Made by a program: the position numbers and the translations under genes. This document shows, one piece after another, positions 1-9,130 of a stretch of 64,000 nt of DNA; the stretch's first letter is position 1, and the number at the start of each line of letters is the position of its first letter. The stretch is from an uncultured virus (IMG/VR IMGVR_UViG_3300003618_000228). Lineage: Duplodnaviria; Heunggongvirae; Uroviricota; Caudoviricetes. The notes under the pieces were generated by a model. The model was not told the origin of the DNA. It was given only the letters and a program-made list of their open reading frames with translations, and searched no databases. The stretch is taken from the IMG/VR virus record IMGVR_UViG_3300003618_000228; one strand, given 5' to 3'.

Positions 1-360
1 TACTTGTATAAAATACAAATCAAGCAAATATTGCTTGTCTAATTTGTTTAATATTACATTCATTGGAGGGTTGTCGTGAAATCGTCTAAATGTTGTCCAT
101 TGTATGATCCAAATTTTAGGACATTTCTGGGATATTGGCATCCGGACGCCGAACGGGTTCATTGTTGGATATTCTCTCCGGAAAGAATAAGGATATTCTT
201 TTGTTGATTGTACTATACCAGCGTTGTCTTTACCGTTTTCACCAAAATTTGCTACATATGGGTAATTGAGCATATTAGACAATACGTATGGCCACGCTTC
301 ACTATACGGCTTATTTAACTCATCTCCATAAGTAAAACTATCTCCATTAGTGAAAAGCAT
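1..360 (-). CDS. SGNH/GDSL-like hydrolase family protein (3' end runs off the window; absent from the ORF track)
   Basis: Manual translation from ATG at 360 gives MLFTNGDSFTYGDELNKPYSEAWPYVLSNMLNYPYVANFGENGKDN..., open to base 1. It has the same GDSFTxGxEL motif as 747..1655 and 1627..2445 and a TAATG overlap with the Smr gene stop. Confidence 0.75.
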   Translation of the reverse strand, partial: MLFTNGDSFTYGDELNKPYSEAWPYVLSNMLNYPYVANFGENGKDNAGIVQSTKEYPYSFRREYPTMNPFGVRMPISQKCPKIWIIQWTTFRRFHDNPPMNVILNKLDKQYLLDLYFIQV

Positions 361-602
361 TACATAACTGGCCGGTATTGATCAGCAATAGTAATGTACC
401 AACAACCTCCATCATTAGTTGGTTCATACTTTTTTATATAGGAATTTTTTTCTATCCACATGGGAAATTCACGGCCGATTTCTCCTTTGCCAGTAATTAC
501 TTTTACTGTTATTTCCTTTTGAGTATACATATCTTTAAGAAATTCTAATGTTTCTGTGTATGCATCTTGTAGTGTATAACCATGTAAATCTAGAACGTTC
601 AT
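360..602 (-). CDS. Stand-alone Smr (small MutS-related) domain protein
   Basis: LDLHGYT...VITGKG...NDGGC motifs are diagnostic of Smr domains; 80 aa. Confidence 0.85.
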   Translation of the reverse strand: MNVLDLHGYTLQDAYTETLEFLKDMYTQKEITVKVITGKGEIGREFPMWIEKNSYIKKYEPTNDGGCWYITIADQYRPVM

Positions 603-736
603 TTGTATATAAAAGGATCCTTCTTTTTTAATTCCTTCATACGTTTTCGATATTTTATTTCTCGTTTTAATGTAAGTATTTTATTTCTTATCCAGCGATA
701 ACCCCTACTAGGTGTATAAGTTACTAAACTTTTCAA
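599..736 (-). CDS. Small basic hypothetical protein (45 aa, TTG start; absent from the ORF track)
   Basis: Reads (M)KSLVTYTPSRGYRWIRNKILTLKREIKYRKRMKELKKKDPFIYK*. It fills the gap and has an ATGA overlap with the Smr start. Start codon uncertain. Confidence 0.55.
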   Translation of the reverse strand: MKSLVTYTPSRGYRWIRNKILTLKREIKYRKRMKELKKKDPFIYK

Positions 737-746
737 TTTTTCTGCA

Positions 747-1655
747 TTACTTGACAATTTCTTTGACTCGTTCATATATTAACTCCGCGGCATCTTCATG
801 TGCCTGTTCCATCGGGTGGCTAAGACCATACTCATACTTATTTGCTCGGGCCCAGTCATTGAACCCATTCTCAGAAATAATAATTTCATCATACCGCTCG
901 TTGTTCCTATCATAATGCTCTTCCACAGTTTTTACAGAGTCAGGAAACTTATACCAATCATCAAACTTTATATTATCACGTAAACTATTTAAAAATTTAT
1001 CAGCATTTCTGAATGATTGGGTCAATCTGTCCAACACATGAAAACTAACATACGTATACATGTATTTAATATTTCTGTTCTCTAAAAAATTTTGTAATAA
1101 TAAAATACTTTTAAGCGATATATAAAGATCATTTAAATTAGATATTATCGTATAATAATGTTTAACAAAATCTGTTATTCCTTGTTCTTTGCGTAAATTA
1201 TATTCACCATGTAATAAATTAGCAAATCGGTCTGCGTCTGTTTCACCATTTGCAAATTTAAAAGCTGCTTTTTTTATTTGTTCCAGAACCCATTGAGACT
1301 TAGACTCGTCTTCGGCTGCACCTGGAAATAAATAATACCATGGTGAATCAAAAGGTAATTTAGTATCAAAATTCACAGCTATTTCGGACCTGTCAACATA
1401 TGTTAGCATTACTTGAACAAATATTTCTTCAGGTTTATAACCCAAACGCAATGCTTGATTTACTTTATAAATCACATGTCTAGTAATAAAAGAATTGCCA
1501 CGAGCACCACGTCCTGTATTACAATGCTTGGCACCTAATTTATTTGCTATTAAATTGGCCCAACAACTTCTACTTGGACTAAGTTCACCACGTGTGTCAC
1601 TTAATTCGCTACCAAATGTAAAACTATCACCGCCTGATATTACTAATGTGATCAT
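747..1655 (-). CDS. SGNH/GDSL-like hydrolase or acyltransferase (paralog A)
   Basis: N-terminal GGDSFTFGSEL (block I Ser), GARGNSFI (block II) and C-terminal SHPMEQAH. Confidence 0.7.
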   Translation of the reverse strand: MITLVISGGDSFTFGSELSDTRGELSPSRSCWANLIANKLGAKHCNTGRGARGNSFITRHVIYKVNQALRLGYKPEEIFVQVMLTYVDRSEIAVNFDTKLPFDSPWYYLFPGAAEDESKSQWVLEQIKKAAFKFANGETDADRFANLLHGEYNLRKEQGITDFVKHYYTIISNLNDLYISLKSILLLQNFLENRNIKYMYTYVSFHVLDRLTQSFRNADKFLNSLRDNIKFDDWYKFPDSVKTVEEHYDRNNERYDEIIISENGFNDWARANKYEYGLSHPMEQAHEDAAELIYERVKEIVK

Positions 1656-2445
1656 ATATTAATTCCGCGGCATCTTCATGTGCCTTTTCTAATGGATGGG
1701 ATGTTGCGTATTCATATTTGTTAAATTTTGCCCAATCATCAAAACCAACATACTTGTCATCACCCGGAAATTTATACCATTCATCAAATTTAATAAAGTT
1801 ATGCAAACTATCTGTAAATTTTTCTGTGCTAATGAGTCCGTTCATTACATGTTTATTTACATATGTAAACAAATATTTAATATTCTTTTTTTCAAGCATT
1901 TCCTGTAACGAAAGAATTTCAAAAAGTGAATTATATGTGTGATGCAAATCACTTATAATTGAATAATATGATTTTGCATAATCTACTAGTCCTGTACTTT
2001 CGTTTTTTAGATATCGTTTATGCATTGCATCGCGAGATTCTTTCCAATTTTCCGTATCCTTAGGTACTTTTATAAACCAATCTGATTTAGATTCATCTTC
2101 ACATACATAAGGATCTATAGGAAACCACGTGTCTGTTGGCCAATCGACAGTTATAGCAATTTCTTGTCTTGCAACAAATGTCCACATTACTTGTACAAAT
2201 ATTTCTTCAGGTTTATAATCATACTGTAATGCTTCATATATTTTATTAATAATATGCCTTACAATAAAACCATTGCTACGACCACCTACTGCAACATTAA
2301 TATGTTTAGCATCTAACTTATTTGCTACTAAATTTGCCCAAGATAATTTACTACCGACATGTTCAAGAATAGTCCCGTCATCATCATCTAGTTCACATCC
2401 ATAAGTAAAGCTGTCTCCACCTGAAATTACTAACTCAATAGACAC
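1627..2445 (-). CDS. SGNH/GDSL-like hydrolase or acyltransferase (paralog B)
   Basis: GGDSFTYGCEL, GGRSNGFI and SHPLEKAH; clearly paralogous to 747..1655. Confidence 0.7.
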   Translation of the reverse strand: MSIELVISGGDSFTYGCELDDDDGTILEHVGSKLSWANLVANKLDAKHINVAVGGRSNGFIVRHIINKIYEALQYDYKPEEIFVQVMWTFVARQEIAITVDWPTDTWFPIDPYVCEDESKSDWFIKVPKDTENWKESRDAMHKRYLKNESTGLVDYAKSYYSIISDLHHTYNSLFEILSLQEMLEKKNIKYLFTYVNKHVMNGLISTEKFTDSLHNFIKFDEWYKFPGDDKYVGFDDWAKFNKYEYATSHPLEKAHEDAAELIYDHISNIRR

Positions 2446-3574
2446 CGGGCATTGCCTCTATTGACATATTCACAAATTCATCATCATACCAACGATAATT
2501 CCATTCTGCATATGCATCTGATGTTTTCATGCTTTGCACGTCTAAAAAGTTATTTAAAATATACCAAACAATTGGTGTATTGTCTGTATTAAAAGAGTGT
2601 TGTAAATCTACTTGGCCTACCTTTGGATGTCCTAATGTCAATGAAGGATCATCTGGATCTAAATTATTACTTCGTAGCCAATCACAAAACTCAATTATTT
2701 TACGTTGCCGCCATTTATGTTCTTCAAAATGTTCGTTAGGCGACCAATTTATGTCAAAATCGCCGGCGGCTTTAGTTTGTGTGTATAAGGCAGTTGTAAC
2801 CTCTCCTAGTGAGCCGGGTTCACCTCCTTCATCATTGAATACTTCCCAGTGAGTTTTACCTACTGCTTTATTAACACCTACATATACACCGCCGAAGTTT
2901 TTAGTAAGAGCGTGGACACCAAACTCTGTAAAGTCCTCGTCGCTATCAAGGTTGAACCTAGGAGCGTTTAGCCAACACATTAGTTGCGACTTTTGCATCC
3001 ACTCTGGTGCTTGGACTAATTTCCTATTGCTCAGTGCCCACGTCTCAAATTCGTGACATAATAAGTTTAATTGCCTAATGTAATATTTTGTTTCTTTGTT
3101 TGATTGCCAATAATAAGGTGTCATTGATGTTTTAAGATTACCAGTATCATGTCCTTGCAAATCTTCAAACCATCTATGTAGCCAATTAAATCTTTCATGG
3201 TTAATCATTAAACCAGGCAAGTCTATTCCAACTTCACCATATTGTATACAATTTTCTAAATTATATTCATCTGTTTCTATATTGTAATCTATATTACTAT
3301 GTTCGTTTAAAAACGTAATTGCATTATTAATTTCATTTAAAATTACTTCGCCACCCCTTTGACCAAATATAAATCCCATGAAACAATAGTTCTTTTCTAG
3401 TATTAACTCTTGATCAAGGATATCATTTAGTGCTGTTAACCATTTACGTCCTAAACTTGTGTCATAAACATCTATATACACATCCATAGTACTAAAATCT
3501 TCACTACGTAAACGCATTGTAATTTTATCAAGTATCTTCATAAATTTCAAATAACCTTTGTTTAATTTTAGCAC
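2435..3574 (-). CDS. Hypothetical protein (true start probably MKILDK at 3541)
   Basis: Long ORF overlapping both neighbours in the operon; no family recognised. Confidence 0.7.
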   Translation of the reverse strand: MLKLNKGYLKFMKILDKITMRLRSEDFSTMDVYIDVYDTSLGRKWLTALNDILDQELILEKNYCFMGFIFGQRGGEVILNEINNAITFLNEHSNIDYNIETDEYNLENCIQYGEVGIDLPGLMINHERFNWLHRWFEDLQGHDTGNLKTSMTPYYWQSNKETKYYIRQLNLLCHEFETWALSNRKLVQAPEWMQKSQLMCWLNAPRFNLDSDEDFTEFGVHALTKNFGGVYVGVNKAVGKTHWEVFNDEGGEPGSLGEVTTALYTQTKAAGDFDINWSPNEHFEEHKWRQRKIIEFCDWLRSNNLDPDDPSLTLGHPKVGQVDLQHSFNTDNTPIVWYILNNFLDVQSMKTSDAYAEWNYRWYDDEFVNMSIEAMPGVY

Positions 3575-3986
3575 TAACTAAACTCATGTCTACCTTTCCT
3601 TGCCCTTTGGGTTTTATCCAACCCATTACTTTACCCATCTCTTTAATTGTTTTTGCGCCAGTTGCGACAAAGGCATCGTCTATTAACGCATCTACTTCTG
3701 CTTCACTTAACTGTTTAGGCAAATATTCCTCTAACACTACTAACATTGCTTCTTCTTTATCAACAAGGTCCTGCCTATTACCCTTTGCAAATTGATCAAT
3801 GGAGTCTTTACCTTGTTTTACCATTTTTTCTATGACACCTATTACTCCTGCTTCGTCTAACTCTGTGCGATCATCAACTTCACGTCGTTGAATAGCGGCA
3901 CGAACCAAACGAATTGTTTCCAACCTTTGCTTGTCCTTTGAACGCATTGCGTCCTTCATGTCTTTTAGAATTTTATCTTTGAGCAT
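3528..3986 (-). CDS. yqeY: GatB/YqeY domain protein
   Basis: LKDKILKDMKDAMRSKDKQRLETIRL...KQGKDSIDQFAKGNRQDL...YLPKQLSE...MGKVMG is the canonical YqeY pattern. Confidence 0.92.
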   Translation of the reverse strand: MLKDKILKDMKDAMRSKDKQRLETIRLVRAAIQRREVDDRTELDEAGVIGVIEKMVKQGKDSIDQFAKGNRQDLVDKEEAMLVVLEEYLPKQLSEAEVDALIDDAFVATGAKTIKEMGKVMGWIKPKGQGKVDMSLVSAKIKQRLFEIYEDT

Positions 3987-3991
3987 TAGTT

Positions 3992-4489
3992 CTAAGCAAG
4001 TTCTTCCTCAATTGTGTCAGCGTCATCAGCAAATTCTTCATCATCAATAGGTTCACCAGGCCATGGTTTTGTATAAAAATCCTGACCTATTAAATCTAAT
4101 ATACGTTTCGACAAATATGCGGCATTTATTGCGCCTGCTTTGCCAATAGACATACATGCTACGGGTACACCCTTTGGCATTTGGGATATACTTAACAAAC
4201 TATCCATTCCATTTAGTTCGGAAGTCATTGGAACCCCAATAACCGGTAACGAAGTATAAGCGGCACACATGCCAGGCAATGCGGCCGCCATTCCAGCCGC
4301 GGCGATAATTATTTTATTGCCACGACCCTCGGCCGACACTACCCAATTATATACTTTATCCGGATCTCTATGTGCTGATGCTACAATTATGTCAAAGGGT
4401 ATACCTTCTTCCTCTAAAACCTCTACACAATTGTTCATAGTTTCACTATCGGAAGCACTTCCCATGATAATTCCTACTAATCCTGCCAT
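3992..4489 (-). CDS. purE: PurE (N5-CAIR mutase / AIR carboxylase)
   Basis: IIMGSASD, VASAHR, AAGMAAALPG, PVIGVP and DSLLSISQMPKGVPVA motifs. Confidence 0.95.
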   Translation of the reverse strand: MAGLVGIIMGSASDSETMNNCVEVLEEEGIPFDIIVASAHRDPDKVYNWVVSAEGRGNKIIIAAAGMAAALPGMCAAYTSLPVIGVPMTSELNGMDSLLSISQMPKGVPVACMSIGKAGAINAAYLSKRILDLIGQDFYTKPWPGEPIDDEEFADDADTIEEELA

Positions 4490-5208
4490 GCTTGTAACCT
4501 CCTCTTAACTTCTTTATACCCGGCAAGTAAGTCACCGGTGTCAAACCTAAACAAATCTTTATCAAAGGACTGCATTGTGTTAATATCCCATAGACGCATT
4601 GTGTCTGGACATATTTCATCTGCTAAAATTATGTCACCATGACTGTCTCTTCCAAATTCTAACTTAAAATCTACTAACACTAACCCCAAAGCGTAAAAGA
4701 TTGCCCTAAGATACTTGTTAACATCTTCAGTCATTACTGTCATTGTTACTAAATCGTCTTCTACTTCCGGATCCAATGCTACAATTGCCTCCCATGCTAT
4801 AGGAGGGTCACCTAAATCGTCATCTTTAACACAATACTCTACAATAGAACTATGGAGTTCAGTTCCACTTTTTAAACCGTAACGTTTACAAAAGGTTCCA
4901 GCGGCAACATTGCGTACAATTACCTCTATAGGAACTATTTTTACATGCTGGGCAACTATTTCTCTATCACTAATCTTCTCTACATAATGAGTTGGTATGC
5001 CTAAGTGGTCCATTGCACGTAAAAGTACGTCACTAATCCAACAGTTAAGTTCACCTTTGCCTTCAAACTGACTTTTCTTCTCTGCGTTAAACGCCGTAGC
5101 GTCATCTTTAAAGTACATAATACACTGATTGCGGAATTGTTGTCCTTCAATTGAAAAAATCTTCTTTGCCTTACCTTCGTATAGCATATCTTTTGCAATA
5201 TATTTCAT
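4477..5208 (-). CDS. purC: SAICAR synthetase
   Basis: [51 protein letters not shown] and FDKDLFR motifs. Confidence 0.97.
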   Translation of the reverse strand: MKYIAKDMLYEGKAKKIFSIEGQQFRNQCIMYFKDDATAFNAEKKSQFEGKGELNCWISDVLLRAMDHLGIPTHYVEKISDREIVAQHVKIVPIEVIVRNVAAGTFCKRYGLKSGTELHSSIVEYCVKDDDLGDPPIAWEAIVALDPEVEDDLVTMTVMTEDVNKYLRAIFYALGLVLVDFKLEFGRDSHGDIILADEICPDTMRLWDINTMQSFDKDLFRFDTGDLLAGYKEVKRRLQAWQD

Positions 5209-5417
5209 TTTTGTTTACCCCTCCCGTATTTTGCTTCAAATTTACCTACCCTTCCTGCTTGTCGTAACATGCCTTGTTTACCTGTATAAAAAGGATGGCA
5301 TTTTGAACATACTTCTACATGTAAATCTTTACATAGGGTGGACCTGGTTTCGAATTCTTCGCCACAATGACATTTTACTGTTATTTTCTCATATTTTGGA
5401 TGTATATCTTTTTTCAT
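5205..5417 (-). CDS. rpmE: 50S ribosomal protein bL31, zinc-binding (C+) type
   Basis: MKKDIHPKY...CHCG...TRST...[15 protein letters not shown]...GRVGKF. Start refined to the ATG at 5417. Confidence 0.95.
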   Translation of the reverse strand: MKKDIHPKYEKITVKCHCGEEFETRSTLCKDLHVEVCSKCHPFYTGKQGMLRQAGRVGKFEAKYGRGKQK

Positions 5418-5418
5418 G

Positions 5419-6459
5419 TTACCCACCAATTGCCATACTTGGCTCTAAAATTTTTAATGTATTAACAATGTGTCTAATAATACGATATGGATCTGCATTA
5501 CCTGCTGGACGTCTGTCTTCCAAGTAACCATTCCAATCATTTTGTACAGTATAAATTGGAATACGTATACTGGCACCACGGTCACTTACGCCATAACTAA
5601 ATTCATCTATGCTTTGTGTTTCATGTAACCCAGTTAACCGTTGGTCATTGTCTGAACCATATTCTTTTATAGCAAGTTTATGTGCTTTGCCCAATGCTTC
5701 ACACATTTTATTCATCATGTCTTCCGTTCCATGACTCCTCATCTCATTATTAGAGAAATTTGTGTGCATACCTGTGCCATTCCAGTCACCCTTTACAGGT
5801 TTAGGTGCAAGGTTAATTGACACGCCATGTTTTTCTGCAATTTTAATTAAAATGTATCGTGCCATCCAAAGGTCATCACCTGCTTTGACGCCTTTTCCTA
5901 AAACTTGGAACTCCCATTGCCCTAAAGCAACCTCTGCATTGGTTCCAGTTATGCCAATTTCTGCATTCATACATGCTTCAGTATGTCTATCTACAATTTC
6001 TCTACCAACAACATTGTCTTCACCTACACCACAATAGTAATCACCTTGTTCTCTTGGCTCTCCATCTTCTGGCCAACCTAATGGACGCCCATCTTTATAC
6101 ATGAAGTACTCTTGTTCAAACCCAAACCACCAGTTCTCACTAATATCCTTTACCGCATTGCGTGTATTACTAGGGTGTGGATTGTTTTCTGCGTCTAAAA
6201 CTTCGCACATGACATAAGTTGCGCTCATGTCACCGCCTCCAATAACTCTTGTTGCGTCTGGTCTAATTCTATCAAGCATAAAATATTGTGAAACGGGATT
6301 TAATATGCAATCTGACTTCCCACCTTCCGCTTGTTGCGTCGATGAACCATCAAATGACCACTTTACTGCGTTATTGTCTATCTTTACTTTACTTCTTAGG
6401 GAAGGTTCTGGCTGATAACCATCTAACCAGACGTACTCAAACTTTTTTCCGTGATTCAT
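5419..6459 (-). CDS. glnII: Glutamine synthetase type II
   Basis: [64 protein letters not shown] and YLEDRRP. About 346 aa, which is GSII size. Start at 6459 has a GGAGA SD. Confidence 0.95.
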   Translation of the reverse strand: MNHGKKFEYVWLDGYQPEPSLRSKVKIDNNAVKWSFDGSSTQQAEGGKSDCILNPVSQYFMLDRIRPDATRVIGGGDMSATYVMCEVLDAENNPHPSNTRNAVKDISENWWFGFEQEYFMYKDGRPLGWPEDGEPREQGDYYCGVGEDNVVGREIVDRHTEACMNAEIGITGTNAEVALGQWEFQVLGKGVKAGDDLWMARYILIKIAEKHGVSINLAPKPVKGDWNGTGMHTNFSNNEMRSHGTEDMMNKMCEALGKAHKLAIKEYGSDNDQRLTGLHETQSIDEFSYGVSDRGASIRIPIYTVQNDWNGYLEDRRPAGNADPYRIIRHIVNTLKILEPSMAIGG

Positions 6460-7763
6460 AATGTCTCCCACCATGTTAATAATTGATCTTTAAGTATATC
6501 TTCTAAACGAACCTTGTCGTTTCTTATGTTTTCTATCTTTAGTACTCTTTTCTTACCACCCTTTGCCCCCTTTATGTATTCTTCGGGCCATTGCTCCTCG
6601 AAGTTAGGTCGATTCTTTAAGTTTTGTAGGACATCTACTAAGGGTTTTTGCTTCCAGGTGTAAGGTTGGCAATACTCCAACAGTTCATCTATAAAACTAT
6701 TTAGTATTCCCCTGGGTAGTGACATAGGAGACATGATTATGTCAGGGGTAAATGCAAATGTCACCTTGGCCAACAGTGGAGTATCCAATTCTTTACTCAA
6801 GTCAAACATATTTTTTACTTCGTAAAGGCCTGGAAGGGTTAAAGTAAAGTCCAAACGCATTTGTCCTGGATGTTTTTCGTATGTCATACCCAACTTGTAG
6901 TATTCCAACCACTTGTCATACTCAAGACCATCCCGAATGTACTCACCAATGACACCTGTGCCATCAATTGACGCACAAATTTGCCAATCACGAATGTTTT
7001 CTAGTATGTCATTAAACAAATGACATCCCTTGTACTCTATTCTTGATAGGTTTGTGTTATACCTTGCATAAACATTGGGGCCATCACCCTGTTCGATGAT
7101 CTTCTTCATGTAATACCAGTGTTGTTCGAACATTAGTGGCTCTCCACCTACCCAATATATCTCTTCCACCCGGTGATCACTCACTGCATCGGCAAATTCT
7201 TTCTCTACTACACTACTTTGGAACTCACTTATCTCTTTTCTTACATCAGGTCGCATCCAATTGTTGGACATGTCACTGTAATTAACCATGTCATTAACTT
7301 TTTCTTCCGATTCCCACGCACTACTTAACATGTCACCACACATCCGGCACTTAAAGTTACACAAATTACTAAATCGGTAGTCCCAAGAGACTGGTTCCAT
7401 GGTAGTATACCCAGTATCATCTGTTTTTTCCCATATGTCATCATACTTTTCTTTGAATAGGTGCCAAAAGTAGTCCCGGTACACATCGGTATTGAGTAGT
7501 TTCTCATTGCACACCTGGCATTCGGGTATGATCTCCCCGTTCATATGGGCCAACCGTACTCTTTTCATGTGGTCACTGTTCCAATGTTGGGCCAATGTCA
7601 CTGGTTTATACGTTCCTGTACCCGAATCGGTGTCGATATACTGTGTAAAAGCACTGGCCGGCTCTCTACTAGCACAACATAAGCGTCTTTCTGATTGTGG
7701 TGAAATGTAGGTATGCANNNAAGGGGCAAGACAGAGCGATTGTGGTTTTACTTTTGGTTTCAT
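6456..7763 (-). CDS. Radical SAM protein with N-terminal twitch/SPASM domain
   Basis: N-terminal CLAP..H...RLCC...CQVC, core CNFKCRMC and GGEP. Ambiguous bases (nnn) at 7718-7720. Confidence 0.9.
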   Translation of the reverse strand: MKPKVKPQSLCLAPXXHTYISPQSERRLCCASREPASAFTQYIDTDSGTGTYKPVTLAQHWNSDHMKRVRLAHMNGEIIPECQVCNEKLLNTDVYRDYFWHLFKEKYDDIWEKTDDTGYTTMEPVSWDYRFSNLCNFKCRMCGDMLSSAWESEEKVNDMVNYSDMSNNWMRPDVRKEISEFQSSVVEKEFADAVSDHRVEEIYWVGGEPLMFEQHWYYMKKIIEQGDGPNVYARYNTNLSRIEYKGCHLFNDILENIRDWQICASIDGTGVIGEYIRDGLEYDKWLEYYKLGMTYEKHPGQMRLDFTLTLPGLYEVKNMFDLSKELDTPLLAKVTFAFTPDIIMSPMSLPRGILNSFIDELLEYCQPYTWKQKPLVDVLQNLKNRPNFEEQWPEEYIKGAKGGKKRVLKIENIRNDKVRLEDILKDQLLTWWETL

Positions 7764-7876
7764 TGTTTTAAATTATCTTTCTGCCCTTGGTGCCTGAACC
7801 CCACTTTTTAATGGTTTTTACAACCAGAAGACCACTGATTCATGTCATTCCCAAAGTTTTCCCGGAGCAGATCTAC

Positions 7877-9130
7877 TTACAATTGACTAAGAAGCTCGTT
7901 CTCAAGCCTAATATAGCTGTAATAAGGGTGCGCCATGACTTTGTGAGCAATCTCTTGCCACTCGGAGTAATGCTCAGAGCCTTTGACATGAACTCGTTGT
8001 TTAAGAAACTCTGGCGGCGATGGATGTGATCCGTACGTGCCCCAGTTTTGAATGGCTTGAACAGTTCCTGTCGAATTGTACTTCTGACACAGGTCTACAA
8101 AATTTGGTAAATCGTTCATGTTTTCATAATGAAGCACAAAGTTAAAAGAATAAACAGACAATGTTCCTGGACGTGCTGATAAGTTGAACAGCACGTCTAA
8201 CGAGTCCATAAGCGCCTTCCATTTCCCTGGACGTCGAACTCTTTCATACACTTCCTTAGAGCCCGCGTCAATACTAATAGAAAACTTCTCCAATTGATTC
8301 ATGATTTGAGAGTCTTTAATCCTAGACGACACGAGCGTACCATTTGTTTTTAAAATAAACCTGTGCAGAGGGTTTGGTTTGTAATTATAAATCATGTCGG
8401 AGTAGACTTTTGAAGAGAATATCTCCCCGTCGCCCCCAATCATAATCACAGCAGGATGATCAAACGAATCTAACAACTTACAAATGTGCTCAATCATACG
8501 CTTTTTATATTCAAACATCGGACCTTTATTGTTGTGGTGAATCATAGCAGGTCTACAAGTAGCACACTGTAAGTTACAACTGTCGTCAATAGCGATATTA
8601 ATTTGGTAGCAATTTATATAATCAACATTCTCCGGAGTAATAAACCCAAAATATCCTCCAGGACCAGCAGCTTTAATATTCCGCACTGGAGAGTCATCAG
8701 GAAAACGTTTGTCAAACGTAAATTCATAAGTTGAGGTATCTTCTATCCCACACGTGAGCGTGTTACAAAACTTAAATGAACCTCCAGGACGAGTAGACTC
8801 CTGTATTTTTTTAGCGACTGGATCAGCCCAAATCTCTTCAAATGATTTAAAGTTTAATATGTTTTCTACCGGGTAAGGAACCCAAGCAGGACACGAACAT
8901 ACAAAACATCGACCACTGTAATCAATTGTAACCGTACGACTCGGCTCACGACACCCTACTTCAATTGGAGGAATTAAATGACGGGAAGTACGGTTTCGAC
9001 GAGCGTGTTTGTGAACTTGTGCTCTGCCACTCCCACGGTAATCTTTATAATTTTTGTACTTACCAGCATGCCGTTTAATAAAGTCGTCGACAAGTGACCC
9101 CTCCTCTGCCGAGGAATCAAATTCCTTCAT
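7877..9130 (-). CDS. Radical SAM protein with N-terminal SPASM-like Cys cluster (divergent type)
   Basis: CREP...GRCFVCSC...FCNTLTC, core CNLQCATC, GGDGEIF and SIDAGSKEVYERVR. Confidence 0.88.
   Translation of the reverse strand: MKEFDSSAEEGSLVDDFIKRHAGKYKNYKDYRGSGRAQVHKHARRNRTSRHLIPPIEVGCREPSRTVTIDYSGRCFVCSCPAWVPYPVENILNFKSFEEIWADPVAKKIQESTRPGGSFKFCNTLTCGIEDTSTYEFTFDKRFPDDSPVRNIKAAGPGGYFGFITPENVDYINCYQINIAIDDSCNLQCATCRPAMIHHNNKGPMFEYKKRMIEHICKLLDSFDHPAVIMIGGDGEIFSSKVYSDMIYNYKPNPLHRFILKTNGTLVSSRIKDSQIMNQLEKFSISIDAGSKEVYERVRRPGKWKALMDSLDVLFNLSARPGTLSVYSFNFVLHYENMNDLPNFVDLCQKYNSTGTVQAIQNWGTYGSHPSPPEFLKQRVHVKGSEHYSEWQEIAHKVMAHPYYSYIRLENELLSQL

Noticed and set aside
7764..7876. SAM-II/V riboswitch or SECIS element
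   Set aside because: Only a UAAAAAG-like run matches. The conserved cores are absent and the neighbouring ORFs have no in-frame UGA.
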